Below are positions 1 through 8,565 of a stretch of DNA of 24,512 nt, piece by piece. The notes under the pieces are model-generated. The model saw only the letters and a list, made by a program, of their open reading frames with translations, did no database searches and was not told the DNA's origin. Origin of the DNA: Polyangiaceae bacterium (GTDB lineage Bacteria; Myxococcota_A; Polyangia; Polyangiales; Polyangiaceae); the NCBI GenBank assembly GCA_033763455.1, contig JANRKO010000042.1, positions 1 to 24,512 on the forward strand. Direction: 5' to 3'. Made by a program: the position numbers and the translations under genes. Positions within the stretch are counted from its first letter, which is position 1; each line of letters opens with the position of its first letter.

Positions 1-80
1 ACTTTGCAGAGCCGAACTGCCCCGGCTCTGAACTCCGGCGTGAACACTCGCCGTTTCCTTCGTTGATGTTTCTTGACCAT
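1..80 (-). CDS. IS3-family transposase OrfA, N-terminal part (HTH_Tnp_1-like); not in the ORF track
   Basis: Manual translation from the ATG at 80 gives MVKKHQRRKRRVFTPEFRAGAVRLCK, matching the typical OrfA start RR.FT.EF+..AV.L. AGGAG lies just upstream. Confidence 0.85.
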   Translation of the reverse strand, partial: MVKKHQRRKRRVFTPEFRAGAVRLCK

Positions 81-140
81 GGATCACTCCTGGCGCATTC
101 TCGCGCTTTCTTGGGTGTCCACCAACTCGGGGGATCTTCA
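1..140 (-). mobile_element. Left end of an IS3-family insertion sequence (partial, runs off the window)
   Basis: The minus strand from 140 reads TGAAGATCCCCCGAGTTGGTGGACAC, a TG-starting terminus resembling IS3-family IRs such as IS6110 (TGAACCGCCCCGG...). It is followed by an AGGAG RBS and an OrfA-like ORF. GH3 coding sequence (LAVNWADEH) starts at 141. Confidence 0.85.
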
Positions 141-800
141 CTCGCCGTCAATTGGGCAGATGAGCACGTGGGCGCCATCCTTCAAGCTTTCTATCCCGGG
201 CAGGCTACTGGCACGGCTCTCGCCGATGTCTTGTTTGGTGATTACAATCCCGCCGGGCGTTTACCGATAACCTATCCGCGCTCGCTTGCGGATATTCCTG
301 AATTTACGGATTATTCGCTCATTGGGCGCACCTACCGGTACCTTTCTGCCCCTCCGCTCTATCCGTTTGGATATGGGCTCAGCTACACCACGTTTGAATA
401 CTCCGAGCTCGAGCTCAGCCAGGCCCGCATCTCTACGAGCGACACTCTCGACGTGAGCGTGCGCGTTAGAAATACAGGAACTTCGGCGGGTGAAGAAGTG
501 GTGCAGCTCTACGTGAGTGATGTGGAGGCTTCGGTGAGGGTTCCACATCGGGAGCTTCGGGGCTTTGCGCGAATCTATTTGGCACCGGGTGAAGAGCGCT
601 TCTTAAAATTCAGGGTAACACCCAAGATGCTGGCTTTGGTGGATGAGTTTGGTGCGCACGTGCTTGAGCCTGGGGAGTTCTTGCTCAGCGTTGGCGGCTC
701 ACAGCCGGACGAGCGGAGCTTGGAGCTTACTGGTGCCCCACCGCAGAAGGCTCGCTTCGCGGTGGTAGGCCAAACGCGGAAATTTGTAGACAAGGCGTAA
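141..800 (+). pseudogene. 3' fragment of a GH3 beta-glucosidase/beta-xylosidase (end of GH3_C plus Fn3-like domain), interrupted by IS3
   Basis: Motifs AILQAFYPGQ..G.ALADVLFGDYNPAGRLPIT, YPFGYGLSYTTFEY, NTG...GEEVVQLYV and ELRGFARI.L.PGE. The first ~26 codons of ORF 63..800 are antisense IS DNA. Confidence 0.88.
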
Positions 801-954
801 ATTCGCAAAAGTGCTCGCTTGGTTCACGGCGGTACCAGCGCGCGTGAGCCGTGTTTTCTGGGGGCGGGCACTTTGCCTTTTTCAACCACATGAGGCACCT
901 CATCGCGGTGCCAGATCGCACAGCTCAACTGTAGAGCGCCTTAGGCTGAAGAAC

Positions 955-2460
955 ATGCTACAACCTAGCCCTCAAATGTGGAGACGGCTTGCTTCTTTGA
1001 GCCTAGCTATTGCTGCTGGGCTCTTCCTGCTTCTTACGCCACTTGCGGTTCACGCTCGCGCGGGAGGGATAGCGGCGGGTAGTTGTGCGGGTTGTCACGG
1101 GGGAAGCGGCGACGCCAAAGTGACGATAGAGCCGAGCTCCCTTGATGTGGCGTTCGGTCAGACTATTCAGCTCAAGGTATCCGTGGAGACGCCTCGCGTC
1201 GCAGGAATGTATCTCTACACGTCTATTGCGTGTGCTGCCGATGGCGACCCATCGACGCCCGATCCGGGCACGTATCAAGTGTTGAATGGCCAGCAAACCA
1301 TCGCGATCTCAGGTAGCGGAGAAGGTCCCACGGGGACGTCAGTGGAGCACAGCTCGCCTAAGTCTGCTCAAAATGGGGTCACCACCTTTCTAGTGAATTG
1401 GACAGCACCCCAGAAGTCGTGTGGCGTAATGTTTACGGCGAACGTTCTGGCCGCCAATGGTGATGGGGGGCGCGGCGGGGACAACAATGGGACGGCGCAA
1501 GCCTCGGTGTCCGTGGGTTGCATGGGGCCAGGTACCGTATTTTTCCGGGACTTCGATGGGGATGGCCACGGCGTGAGTGGTCCTAGCAGCCTGAGAGCAT
1601 GCACACCGCCCAAATATTATTCGGCTGTGAACGATGATTGCGACGACAACGACGAGCGCAATTTCCCAGGGAATACGGAGAAGTGTGATCTGCGGGACAA
1701 CAACTGCAACAGTATGGTGGATGACGGCCTCGCCAACGAAACCCTCTACGAAGATGGCGACAAAGATGGGTACGGCAAATTCGGAGGCATGACGCACGTC
1801 GGCTGCACTGGTATGGCCGGCTGGGGCGTGGGCCAGGACGACTGTGATGACACCAATCCCACGGTTCATCCGAACGCTACAGAAACCTGCAACGGCCTCG
1901 ATGACGACTGTGACACACGCGTTGATGATGGCGTGCTGCCGGAGTGTGGCCTCGGTTGGTGCCGCCGCTTGGCCTACTCCTGCGGTGGGGTATGCACGGT
2001 GGGCCAGCCGCGTGCAGAAACGTGCAACTATTTTGATGACGACTGTGACGGCCTCATTGACGAAGAGCCGGACTTGTGTCCCCCGGGGCAGGGCTGCCAG
2101 CTGGGTGTCTGCGTGGTGGGGGCCAGCGTCCCACCTCCTCCTCCGCCCCCTCCCGAGACAGGCGGGAACGGCCCTGTCTTGTCGAGCGGTGGTGGGCCTG
2201 CCATGTCGAGCGGTGGTGCTCCTCCGGTATCGAGCACGCCGGTTGGGAGCGGGAGTACTGTCCCAAAGCCCCCTACAACCGGCACGAGCGGCGGGGCGAA
2301 GGCATTGGCGCCAGCGACTGACTCAAATGAAAATGTCTCGGGTTGCAGCATCGGTGGCACTTCTTCGGGAGCTGGCCACTCACTCTTAACGCTTGGGCTC
2401 ATCATTGCGGCGGGTTCTCGTTTTCGCAGGCAGCGGATAATCCCTCACCTCCGCCCGTGA
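955..2460 (+). CDS. Secreted/surface protein: reeler-like (choice-of-anchor V-like) domain with CxxCH, Asp/Cys-rich MopE-like metal-binding repeats, Pro/Ser linker and MYXO-CTERM-like tail
   Basis: Signal peptide ending PLAVHA; CAGCH; repeats DCDDND...PG..E.CD..DNNC and DCDDTNP...P.A.E.CNGLDDDCD; DxDGDG motifs; poly-Pro; C-terminal GCSIGG, hydrophobic segment, RFRRQR. Start is ATG 955 or 976 rather than GTG 811. Confidence 0.8.
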   Translation: MLQPSPQMWRRLASLSLAIAAGLFLLLTPLAVHARAGGIAAGSCAGCHGGSGDAKVTIEPSSLDVAFGQTIQLKVSVETPRVAGMYLYTSIACAADGDPSTPDPGTYQVLNGQQTIAISGSGEGPTGTSVEHSSPKSAQNGVTTFLVNWTAPQKSCGVMFTANVLAANGDGGRGGDNNGTAQASVSVGCMGPGTVFFRDFDGDGHGVSGPSSLRACTPPKYYSAVNDDCDDNDERNFPGNTEKCDLRDNNCNSMVDDGLANETLYEDGDKDGYGKFGGMTHVGCTGMAGWGVGQDDCDDTNPTVHPNATETCNGLDDDCDTRVDDGVLPECGLGWCRRLAYSCGGVCTVGQPRAETCNYFDDDCDGLIDEEPDLCPPGQGCQLGVCVVGASVPPPPPPPPETGGNGPVLSSGGGPAMSSGGAPPVSSTPVGSGSTVPKPPTTGTSGGAKALAPATDSNENVSGCSIGGTSSGAGHSLLTLGLIIAAGSRFRRQRIIPHLRP

Positions 2461-2541
2461 GTTGGTTCGCTCGGCGTAGACGCCCGTGCTAGGTGCCGCC
2501 ACGGAGATAATCCCTCACCTCCGCCCGTGAGTTGGTTCGCT
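2436..2541. repeat. Exact 36-bp direct repeat (2436-2471, 2506-2541) separated by 34 bp
   Basis: GATAATCCCTCACCTCCGCCCGTGAGTTGGTTCGCT occurs twice and has an internal CTCAC/GTGAG inverted pair. Confidence 0.95.
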
Positions 2542-2547
2542 AGCCCC

Positions 2548-3678
2548 TCAGAGCGAGGCGTTCCTGCGGAACTTCATCGGTGTAAGACCAGTTGCTTTGC
2601 GGATAGCAGCGGCCACTTGGCGGCCATCCCCGAGGCCTGTGTGGCTAGCAATGGCTTCTACCGTGAGATCCGTATCGGCGAGAAGCCGCTGGGCTTCCTC
2701 GACACGAAAACGCGCCCAGGTTTGAGCGGGTGTCATGCCGATGCAGGCATGAAAGCGGCGTTCTAGGCTGCGACGCGAGCATTTAAGCTTGGAGCAAACA
2801 TCCTCGATGCTCAAGCCTTTCCCTAGGTTGTCACGCATTAACGTCATAGCAAACCCCACCAAACGATCGGAAGCTGCCACGGCGTCCGTTGAGCGGCGAT
2901 TCACGATGCGCACGGGTGGAACCATCAATATTTGGCGCCCAAGCTTAGGGGATGCGAGCACTCGCTCAAGGAGCGCCGCGGCTTCGTAGCCGATACGTTC
3001 CGCCGCAGTTTGAATACTGCTGAGTGGGGGATTGCAAAGCAGGCATTGTGCTAACTGGTTGTCTACACCTAGCACCGCAACATCCGCAGGAACCTTGATG
3101 CCTGCACGAAGGCACTCTTCGGCCACAACCCACGCTTGGTAGTCGAACATGCAAAATACAGCGACAGGCTTTGCCAAAGCTTTGAGCCACTCTGCGAGTG
3201 AGTCGTCGTCTTCCACTAGAGAAACAGCTGGATTGCTGCCACGCGTGCCGGCATAGACGCTGCACTCAGCGCCTACTGTTCCGAGGTGTGCGCTGAACGC
3301 ATCTAACCGAGCATCCGGGTGCGTGCCTGTGCGTGCTACATACGCAAACCGCTTGTAGCCGCGTGTGATGAAGTGTTTTGCTGCGAGCACGCCTATCAGC
3401 TGTTCGTCATTGCCAACTTGGTGCACTTGGCGCGGGCTGGGTGCCCCCGTGTTGACGGCGGGGATCCCTGAGCGCTCAACGCGTGCTAGCACTTCGTCGT
3501 CGGAGGTTCCTAGCAGAAGGCCGTCTGGCTTCAGAGCGATAAGCTGCTCTATGCCTTCGAGCGTTGGCGCCAAAAGATCGAAAGTCCACGGACGATTAGG
3601 TCGCGCAAAACTCGCAATGCCCTTTAAATTGGCTTCGGACCAGCCTGCGTGGTTAAAGAATCCCAATCCGACGCGCAT
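2548..3678 (-). CDS. XylR-like transcriptional regulator (LacI-type sensor plus C-terminal AraC HTH)
   Basis: KPVAVFC..D..A, VP.DVAVLGVDN, PPLSSI, IGYEAA.LL, RRSTD, then AraC HTH SRRSLERRF...G.TP and LL..TDLTVEAIA..TG. Confidence 0.9.
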   Translation of the reverse strand: MRVGLGFFNHAGWSEANLKGIASFARPNRPWTFDLLAPTLEGIEQLIALKPDGLLLGTSDDEVLARVERSGIPAVNTGAPSPRQVHQVGNDEQLIGVLAAKHFITRGYKRFAYVARTGTHPDARLDAFSAHLGTVGAECSVYAGTRGSNPAVSLVEDDDSLAEWLKALAKPVAVFCMFDYQAWVVAEECLRAGIKVPADVAVLGVDNQLAQCLLCNPPLSSIQTAAERIGYEAAALLERVLASPKLGRQILMVPPVRIVNRRSTDAVAASDRLVGFAMTLMRDNLGKGLSIEDVCSKLKCSRRSLERRFHACIGMTPAQTWARFRVEEAQRLLADTDLTVEAIASHTGLGDGRQVAAAIRKATGLTPMKFRRNASL

Positions 3679-3919
3679 TCGCTATCTTCCTTCAGCTGGC
3701 CAAGTCTTGGACTCTGCAAACCAACGGGCGCCCAGGGAATAGCCGCAAATCTGTCGCGCGCTGTCGCAAGGATGACTGGCGTAGGCTAGATTGCAGCGGT
3801 AATCTAAGCATAAGGATTCGGTCTAATAACCGTAGAGCAGCCGAAGCCGATGTGGCGCGGTTGCCAATCCTCACTTGTAGCCGCCAGCAGTCGCAGGTTG
3901 AGGCACGGAGGTTCATCGT

Positions 3920-4804
3920 ATGACCCACGATATCACACACGAGTCGGCTCTAGGAGCCCAGCGTCTTATGTTGCTTCCGAGTGTCCGGGTAATTGCCGCA
4001 AAGCCGTTGAAGAGCGCAGATCTGGTGCTGGTAGTGGCGGGCAACGCGCGGTGTTTAGTGGAGGGGCAAGCGGTCCGGTTGAGCGCAGGTGATGTTTTTT
4101 TGGTTTCTCCCGAGTCGCCTGTTTCAGGTCTGGATGATCCGAATTTGAATCTCATTCGCGTCCGTTTCGACGCTCAACACGCCCTAAAGTTCACGTCGGG
4201 CCTTGGTGAAATTCCGGGGTGCAGAGCATTTTTTGAATTCGAGCCAAGGCTGCGCACACGGCACGGGCTTGACGCGCGCCTTAGGCTCATGCCGGATGTT
4301 TTGCCTCGCATTGTTGAGATGCTTTCGCGCCTGGAACGAGAACTTGAAGACAAGGAGCCCGGGTTTGAGGCTCTAAGTGAAAGCTTATTCGCCGCGCTCG
4401 TGGTGGACTTAGCGCGCCTCTATGCCAAACAAGCGTCGCCCTTGTGTGAGTCTTTGGTGAGGATTTCGCCTGTGCTCGCGTGGCTCGATGAGCACTTTGA
4501 GGGGCCCGTGGCCCTGGAAGACATCGTAGCGGTTTCGGAGATGTCGCAGAGTACGATGCAGCGTTGCTTCAGGCGTTGTTTTGGAATGTCACCGTTTAGC
4601 TACCTCTTGCATCTTCGCATGACAAAAGCACAGGTGCTGTTACGCGACACAGAAGCCAAGGTAAAAGAGATCGCGCCATCGGTTGGGATATTGGACGCCA
4701 ACTATTTCGCTCGACGTTTCCGCCAGCACGCTGGGGTGGAGCCCACGGAGTATCGCGCGCGTTTTCGTCGCAGCTTGGCGCCTTCGTTAGCTGGCTCCCT
4801 CTGA
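3920..4804 (+). CDS. AraC-family regulator (RhaS/RhaR-like)
   Basis: Cupin-like N-terminus (LSAGDVFLV); C-terminal MSQSTMQRCFRRCFGMSP..YL..LR and DANYFARRFR...G..P.EYR. Confidence 0.9.
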   Translation: MTHDITHESALGAQRLMLLPSVRVIAAKPLKSADLVLVVAGNARCLVEGQAVRLSAGDVFLVSPESPVSGLDDPNLNLIRVRFDAQHALKFTSGLGEIPGCRAFFEFEPRLRTRHGLDARLRLMPDVLPRIVEMLSRLERELEDKEPGFEALSESLFAALVVDLARLYAKQASPLCESLVRISPVLAWLDEHFEGPVALEDIVAVSEMSQSTMQRCFRRCFGMSPFSYLLHLRMTKAQVLLRDTEAKVKEIAPSVGILDANYFARRFRQHAGVEPTEYRARFRRSLAPSLAGSL

Positions 4805-4851
4805 GTTTTGCGGCCTGCAAAGCTTGCGTTTTGCGGAGCCTGCAAAGTTGC
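4805..4851. repeat. Near-tandem duplicated palindrome GTTTTGCGG(AG)CCTGCAAAG(C)TTGC right after the AraC stop
   Basis: Copies at 4805-4827 and 4828-4851, each with TTTGC...GCAAA dyad symmetry. Confidence 0.7.
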
Positions 4852-5131
4852 ACGGTGGGGTCCCTCCTGGAACATCCGAGTGTCAGTAACTCCAGGCTTG
4901 CGCGACGCGGTGACGGTGAGCGTGCCGTCGTTCAGGAGCCAAAATACCCCACCTTGGCCAACCTCTTCCTGAGAACTTGTAGACACCGTCCGTTCGTGAT
5001 CATTCCAGTCCAAGCGCGATCTCACAGCACAATTGTTGCGCTAAATCAGTGATTGGCGGCCTAGAGCGGGGGCACCATACTATTCGGGTCAGCGTTTCGT
5101 ACCACCAACGCACGCCATTCCTGGAGATCTG

Positions 5132-6610
5132 ATGCCCACCAAACTTACGCGTCGAACCGTTCTGAGAGGCGGCGCAGGCTGCATGATTGGCTTGCCCTTG
5201 CTTGAGGGTATGCGCGTTGCGAAAGCGCAGGCTGCAGCGCCTGCTCGCTTCATCACCTACCATCAACCCTTTTCGATGTTTGCGGACGCGTTCTGGCCGC
5301 CGGAGCCCGGCAAATCGCAATATGACGTCAACTCCGGGAAGATCGATCTTTGGCCTCGCTCGGGTGACGGATTTCTGGACAACCCTGACCCTCAGCTTTC
5401 GGCGATTCTGAAGAAGCTTGAACCGATCAAAAAAGAAATCCTGATTCTCGAAGGGCTGCAAAACGCCGGCAACAACCATGACGGCTATTGCTCCATTCTG
5501 AACGGCTATGAGCCAGTCGAACAGTCGTCCACGGAGCAGACGGGCGGCGGCATTTCGCTCGATCACTACATGGCGCAGAAACTGGGCTTCGACAAAACGA
5601 TGCGTTACCCCAACCTGCAAGTGGGGGTGATGAATAACTTCACCGGGAGCAAGGGGGCTGTCTCTTGGACCGCAAAAGGCCAGGCAGCACCTGCGGAGGA
5701 TAACCCGAGGAACCTCTTCAACAAGCTTTTTCCCAATGGGGCCTCCACGCAGCCTGGGGCCATGAACCCCATGAGTGCTGAGATGCTGCACGCACAGCAA
5801 AAGTCCGTGTTGGATGCGGCGATTGGGCAAGCCACCGCGCTTCGCACGCAGCTGAGTCGGCTCGATCAAGAAAAGCTCGACCAATACCTCACCGCATTTC
5901 GTAGCGTTGAAGAGCGAATTTCTGTTTCCGCGGCTCCCACCATCGGCTGCATGACGCCCTCCGGGCTGAAGCTCGATTACTCCGTCAATCCCGATTCAGG
6001 GAACAACGACTCGTATCTAGCTGAGCAACCGAACATGACCAAAGATATGATCGAGTTGATGGCTATGGCGTTTGCCTGTGACCTCACCCGCATCATCACA
6101 TTCCAGATGTGCACGGAGGGCAATAACCTGGTGTTCACATGGTTGCCCAATCAGCGCGGGCGCTGGCACGATCTTTCCCACATTTGGTTGGAGCCTGGGC
6201 AGGCGCCTTACCAGGCGGATCCTATGGACCCCACGTCTATGAGCTGGACGGAAGACGTGAACAATTTCATTGCCATGTGCGATTGGAACACCGAGCAGGT
6301 TTTCAATCTGCAGGACGCTCTGAAGCGCCACGGAGTGTTTGACAACACACTACTGCTCTGGACCACCAACATGTCCCAAGGGAACTATCATGCCAGCATT
6401 AACATTCCCTTGGTGTTAATTGGTAACGTGAACAAGTACTTTAGGATGGGCCGGCACCTTCGCCTGGATAACGGCGCCAACTTCGACGGCGGCTCTTACC
6501 GCGTGATCAATGATTTGCTGGTTACCCTGCTCAACGCGTACGGTGTGCCAGACACAACGTTTGGTGATCCGATGTTGTGTCGTGGTGCGCTAAAAGACAT
6601 TGTCGCGTAA
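5132..6610 (+). CDS. DUF1552 (HXXSHH-family) protein with twin-arginine-like leader
   Basis: N-terminus LTRRTVLRG....IGLPLLEGM; SLDH..AQ; KSVLD; D..KLDQYL...R.VE.RI; AFACDLTR; WHDLSH; DNTLL; H...NIPLVL.G. GGAG RBS upstream. Confidence 0.88.
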   Translation: MPTKLTRRTVLRGGAGCMIGLPLLEGMRVAKAQAAAPARFITYHQPFSMFADAFWPPEPGKSQYDVNSGKIDLWPRSGDGFLDNPDPQLSAILKKLEPIKKEILILEGLQNAGNNHDGYCSILNGYEPVEQSSTEQTGGGISLDHYMAQKLGFDKTMRYPNLQVGVMNNFTGSKGAVSWTAKGQAAPAEDNPRNLFNKLFPNGASTQPGAMNPMSAEMLHAQQKSVLDAAIGQATALRTQLSRLDQEKLDQYLTAFRSVEERISVSAAPTIGCMTPSGLKLDYSVNPDSGNNDSYLAEQPNMTKDMIELMAMAFACDLTRIITFQMCTEGNNLVFTWLPNQRGRWHDLSHIWLEPGQAPYQADPMDPTSMSWTEDVNNFIAMCDWNTEQVFNLQDALKRHGVFDNTLLLWTTNMSQGNYHASINIPLVLIGNVNKYFRMGRHLRLDNGANFDGGSYRVINDLLVTLLNAYGVPDTTFGDPMLCRGALKDIVA

Positions 6611-6611
6611 A

Positions 6612-6631
6612 CGCAGCGTGCTTACGTTGCG
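6612..6631 (+). terminator. Hairpin after the DUF1552 stop
   Basis: CGCAGCGT-GCTT-ACGTTGCG, an 8-bp stem with one G-U pair; no clear U-tract. Confidence 0.35.
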
Positions 6632-6700
6632 AGTCCGGAGCGTGAATAACCGGCAGGGAGTTTCCCGTTCCACACCGAAGCCTAGCGAGAGCTGGCTTGT

Positions 6701-6760
6701 CCCTGTCGGTTGAACCCAACAATATGCTGAGGGTGATTACTATGGGATGAACCGACAGGG
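6701..6760. repeat. Long imperfect inverted repeat between convergent genes
   Basis: CCCTGTCGGTT (6701-6711) and AACCGACAGGG (6750-6760) form perfect 11-bp arms; inner CCCA/TGGG pairing. Confidence 0.75.
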
Positions 6761-6784
6761 TTGATTCCGCGGGCTACGAAGCAA

Positions 6785-7531
6785 TCACGGCCAGGGGCGG
6801 CCGATCTTCTCGCGCGTTTCCTCAGGGGTCACCATGGGGCAGGTGTCGATCCAGCGAGGCCCGTCGGGGGCGGCCCATTTGGCGGCGTTCAGGAGGACCT
6901 GCTGAACACCGGGGTGGTGGAACGTGGGGAACGTTTCGTGACCCGGCCGAAAGTAAAAAATCTTGCCGGCGCCGCGCCGGAAGCAGCAACCCGATCGGAA
7001 CACTTCACCACCTTCGAACCACGAGATGAAGACTTCCTCGTCCGGCGTCGGGATGCCAAACGGCTCTCCGTACATTTCCTCTTTTTCGATTTCGATGAAT
7101 CGCTCAATTCCACGAGCGATTGGGTGACCCGGGTTAACCACCCACAGCCGCTCCCGCTCATCGGCCACGCGCCAGATAATGGAACAGCTCGTTCCGAGCA
7201 GCCGCTTGAAGATCTTGGCATAATGCGAGCTGTGTAGCGGGATGAGACCCATGCCCTCGAGCACGCGTTTCTGCACTCGATCGACGATTGCGTCCTCAAC
7301 TTTGTCGTGAGCTCCGTGGCTCCACCAGAACAGAACATCCGTATTTTCAAGCACTTCCTCGGTCAGCCCGTGTTCGGGCTGTTCGAGCGTTGCGGTACGC
7401 ACCTGAAGGCCAGGATCCCGCCGCAACGACTCAGCGATGCAGCCGTGAATGCCGGTGGGGTATATCTCTCGAACCTCAGGCATCTCTTGTTCGTGTACAT
7501 TTTCGTTCCAGACTGTGACTCGAATAGGCAT
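6785..7531 (-). CDS. thuA: Trehalose utilization protein ThuA family
   Basis: [76 protein letters not shown]. Confidence 0.93.
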   Translation of the reverse strand: MPIRVTVWNENVHEQEMPEVREIYPTGIHGCIAESLRRDPGLQVRTATLEQPEHGLTEEVLENTDVLFWWSHGAHDKVEDAIVDRVQKRVLEGMGLIPLHSSHYAKIFKRLLGTSCSIIWRVADERERLWVVNPGHPIARGIERFIEIEKEEMYGEPFGIPTPDEEVFISWFEGGEVFRSGCCFRRGAGKIFYFRPGHETFPTFHHPGVQQVLLNAAKWAAPDGPRWIDTCPMVTPEETREKIGRPWP

Positions 7532-7665
7532 GGCTCGTAAGCTCCTGGTGGATGTTTGACGGAAAGTGGGGCGGGGGCCCGCTGACAGAACGGCGCCCCT
7601 GAATACCGGACACGGACGTGCTCAGCAAACCATTCTCGCGGCTCCTGTGCTAAGCTTGGATTCCG

Positions 7666-8544
7666 ATGCCTTCATGGGAGTTCCACCATGCTAGCCTTGT
7701 GGGTTTTCCGCTAACGGCTTTCCCCGTTCGGCAGGAGCCCATAGAGCTCCACCAACACTGGGGATACGCCGAATTGGTGATCATCACCGGGGGTAAGGGC
7801 AAGCACCTCTTGGAGGGTGAGTGCTTCGAGGTGACGCGGGGTGATGTTTTTGTCATCCCCAAAAATCGTCTCCACGGCTACTCGGATTGCGAAGCCTTGG
7901 AGCTTATCAACGTGTTGTTTGATCCAGAGCGCCTGCTGCTTCCCGAACATCAGCTGCGGCAGATGCCAGGGTATCACGCGCTGTTTGCACTTGAGCCCGA
8001 GGTTCGGGCAAGGCACGATTTTGAGAGTCGCCTGCGTTTGGATGAAGCGCCGCTTAGGCGCGTGGAGCACGCCTCCACGGAGATACATTCCGAGGTGGTG
8101 GGGAAGAAGCCTGGGTTCGAAGTGGCGATTACCGGTCTGTTCTTTGGAATGCTAGTGGAGCTTTCTCGCGCCTACAGCCGCATGAGTTCACCTTCGTCGC
8201 AAGCGCTGCTTCGTCTTTCACGCTTGTTGGAATGGATAGATCGGCATTTCACCGAGCCCCTCACGGTGGTTGAGCTCGCGCGCCGTGCGCACATGTCGCA
8301 AAGTACGCTCGGGCGCTGTTTTCACGAGTGTTTTGGAGTGTCCCCGCTCAATTACGTGATTGATTTGCGGTTGAAGAAGGCCTCGCAAGTGCTCCGCGAT
8401 ACAGAGGTGCCCGTCAAAGAGGTCGCCTCAATGGTGGGTATTGATGATCCCAACTACTTTGCGCGCCTCTACAGGCGGCACACAGGGGTTGAGCCCAGCG
8501 CCTACCGCGCCCAGCACCGCCCGCCAAAGCAAGCGTCGCTCTAA
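7666..8544 (+). CDS. AraC-family regulator (RhaR/RhaS-like), paralog of 3920..4804
   Basis: Cupin H.H...ELVII..G.G.H...GDVFVI....HGY; PGY.ALF.LEP; HTH MSQSTL.R.F...FG.SP and DDPNYFAR. Confidence 0.92.
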   Translation: MPSWEFHHASLVGFPLTAFPVRQEPIELHQHWGYAELVIITGGKGKHLLEGECFEVTRGDVFVIPKNRLHGYSDCEALELINVLFDPERLLLPEHQLRQMPGYHALFALEPEVRARHDFESRLRLDEAPLRRVEHASTEIHSEVVGKKPGFEVAITGLFFGMLVELSRAYSRMSSPSSQALLRLSRLLEWIDRHFTEPLTVVELARRAHMSQSTLGRCFHECFGVSPLNYVIDLRLKKASQVLRDTEVPVKEVASMVGIDDPNYFARLYRRHTGVEPSAYRAQHRPPKQASL

Positions 8545-8565
8545 AGCTAGGTGGCGTCCACTCGC

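Noticed and set aside
63..140. N-terminus of ORF 63..800 as a real GH3 start
   Set aside because: It is the antisense strand of the IS3 left end; GH3 similarity begins at about 141.
2436..2541. Formal CRISPR array call
   Set aside because: Only two repeats, atypical ends, overlap with a CDS, no leader and no cas genes; kept only as a repeat and a finding.
5000..5884. Long antisense and alternate-frame ORFs (for example 5000..5884, 9564..10226, 22866..23672)
   Set aside because: They shadow well-supported genes, as expected in high-GC DNA, and show no recognisable motifs.
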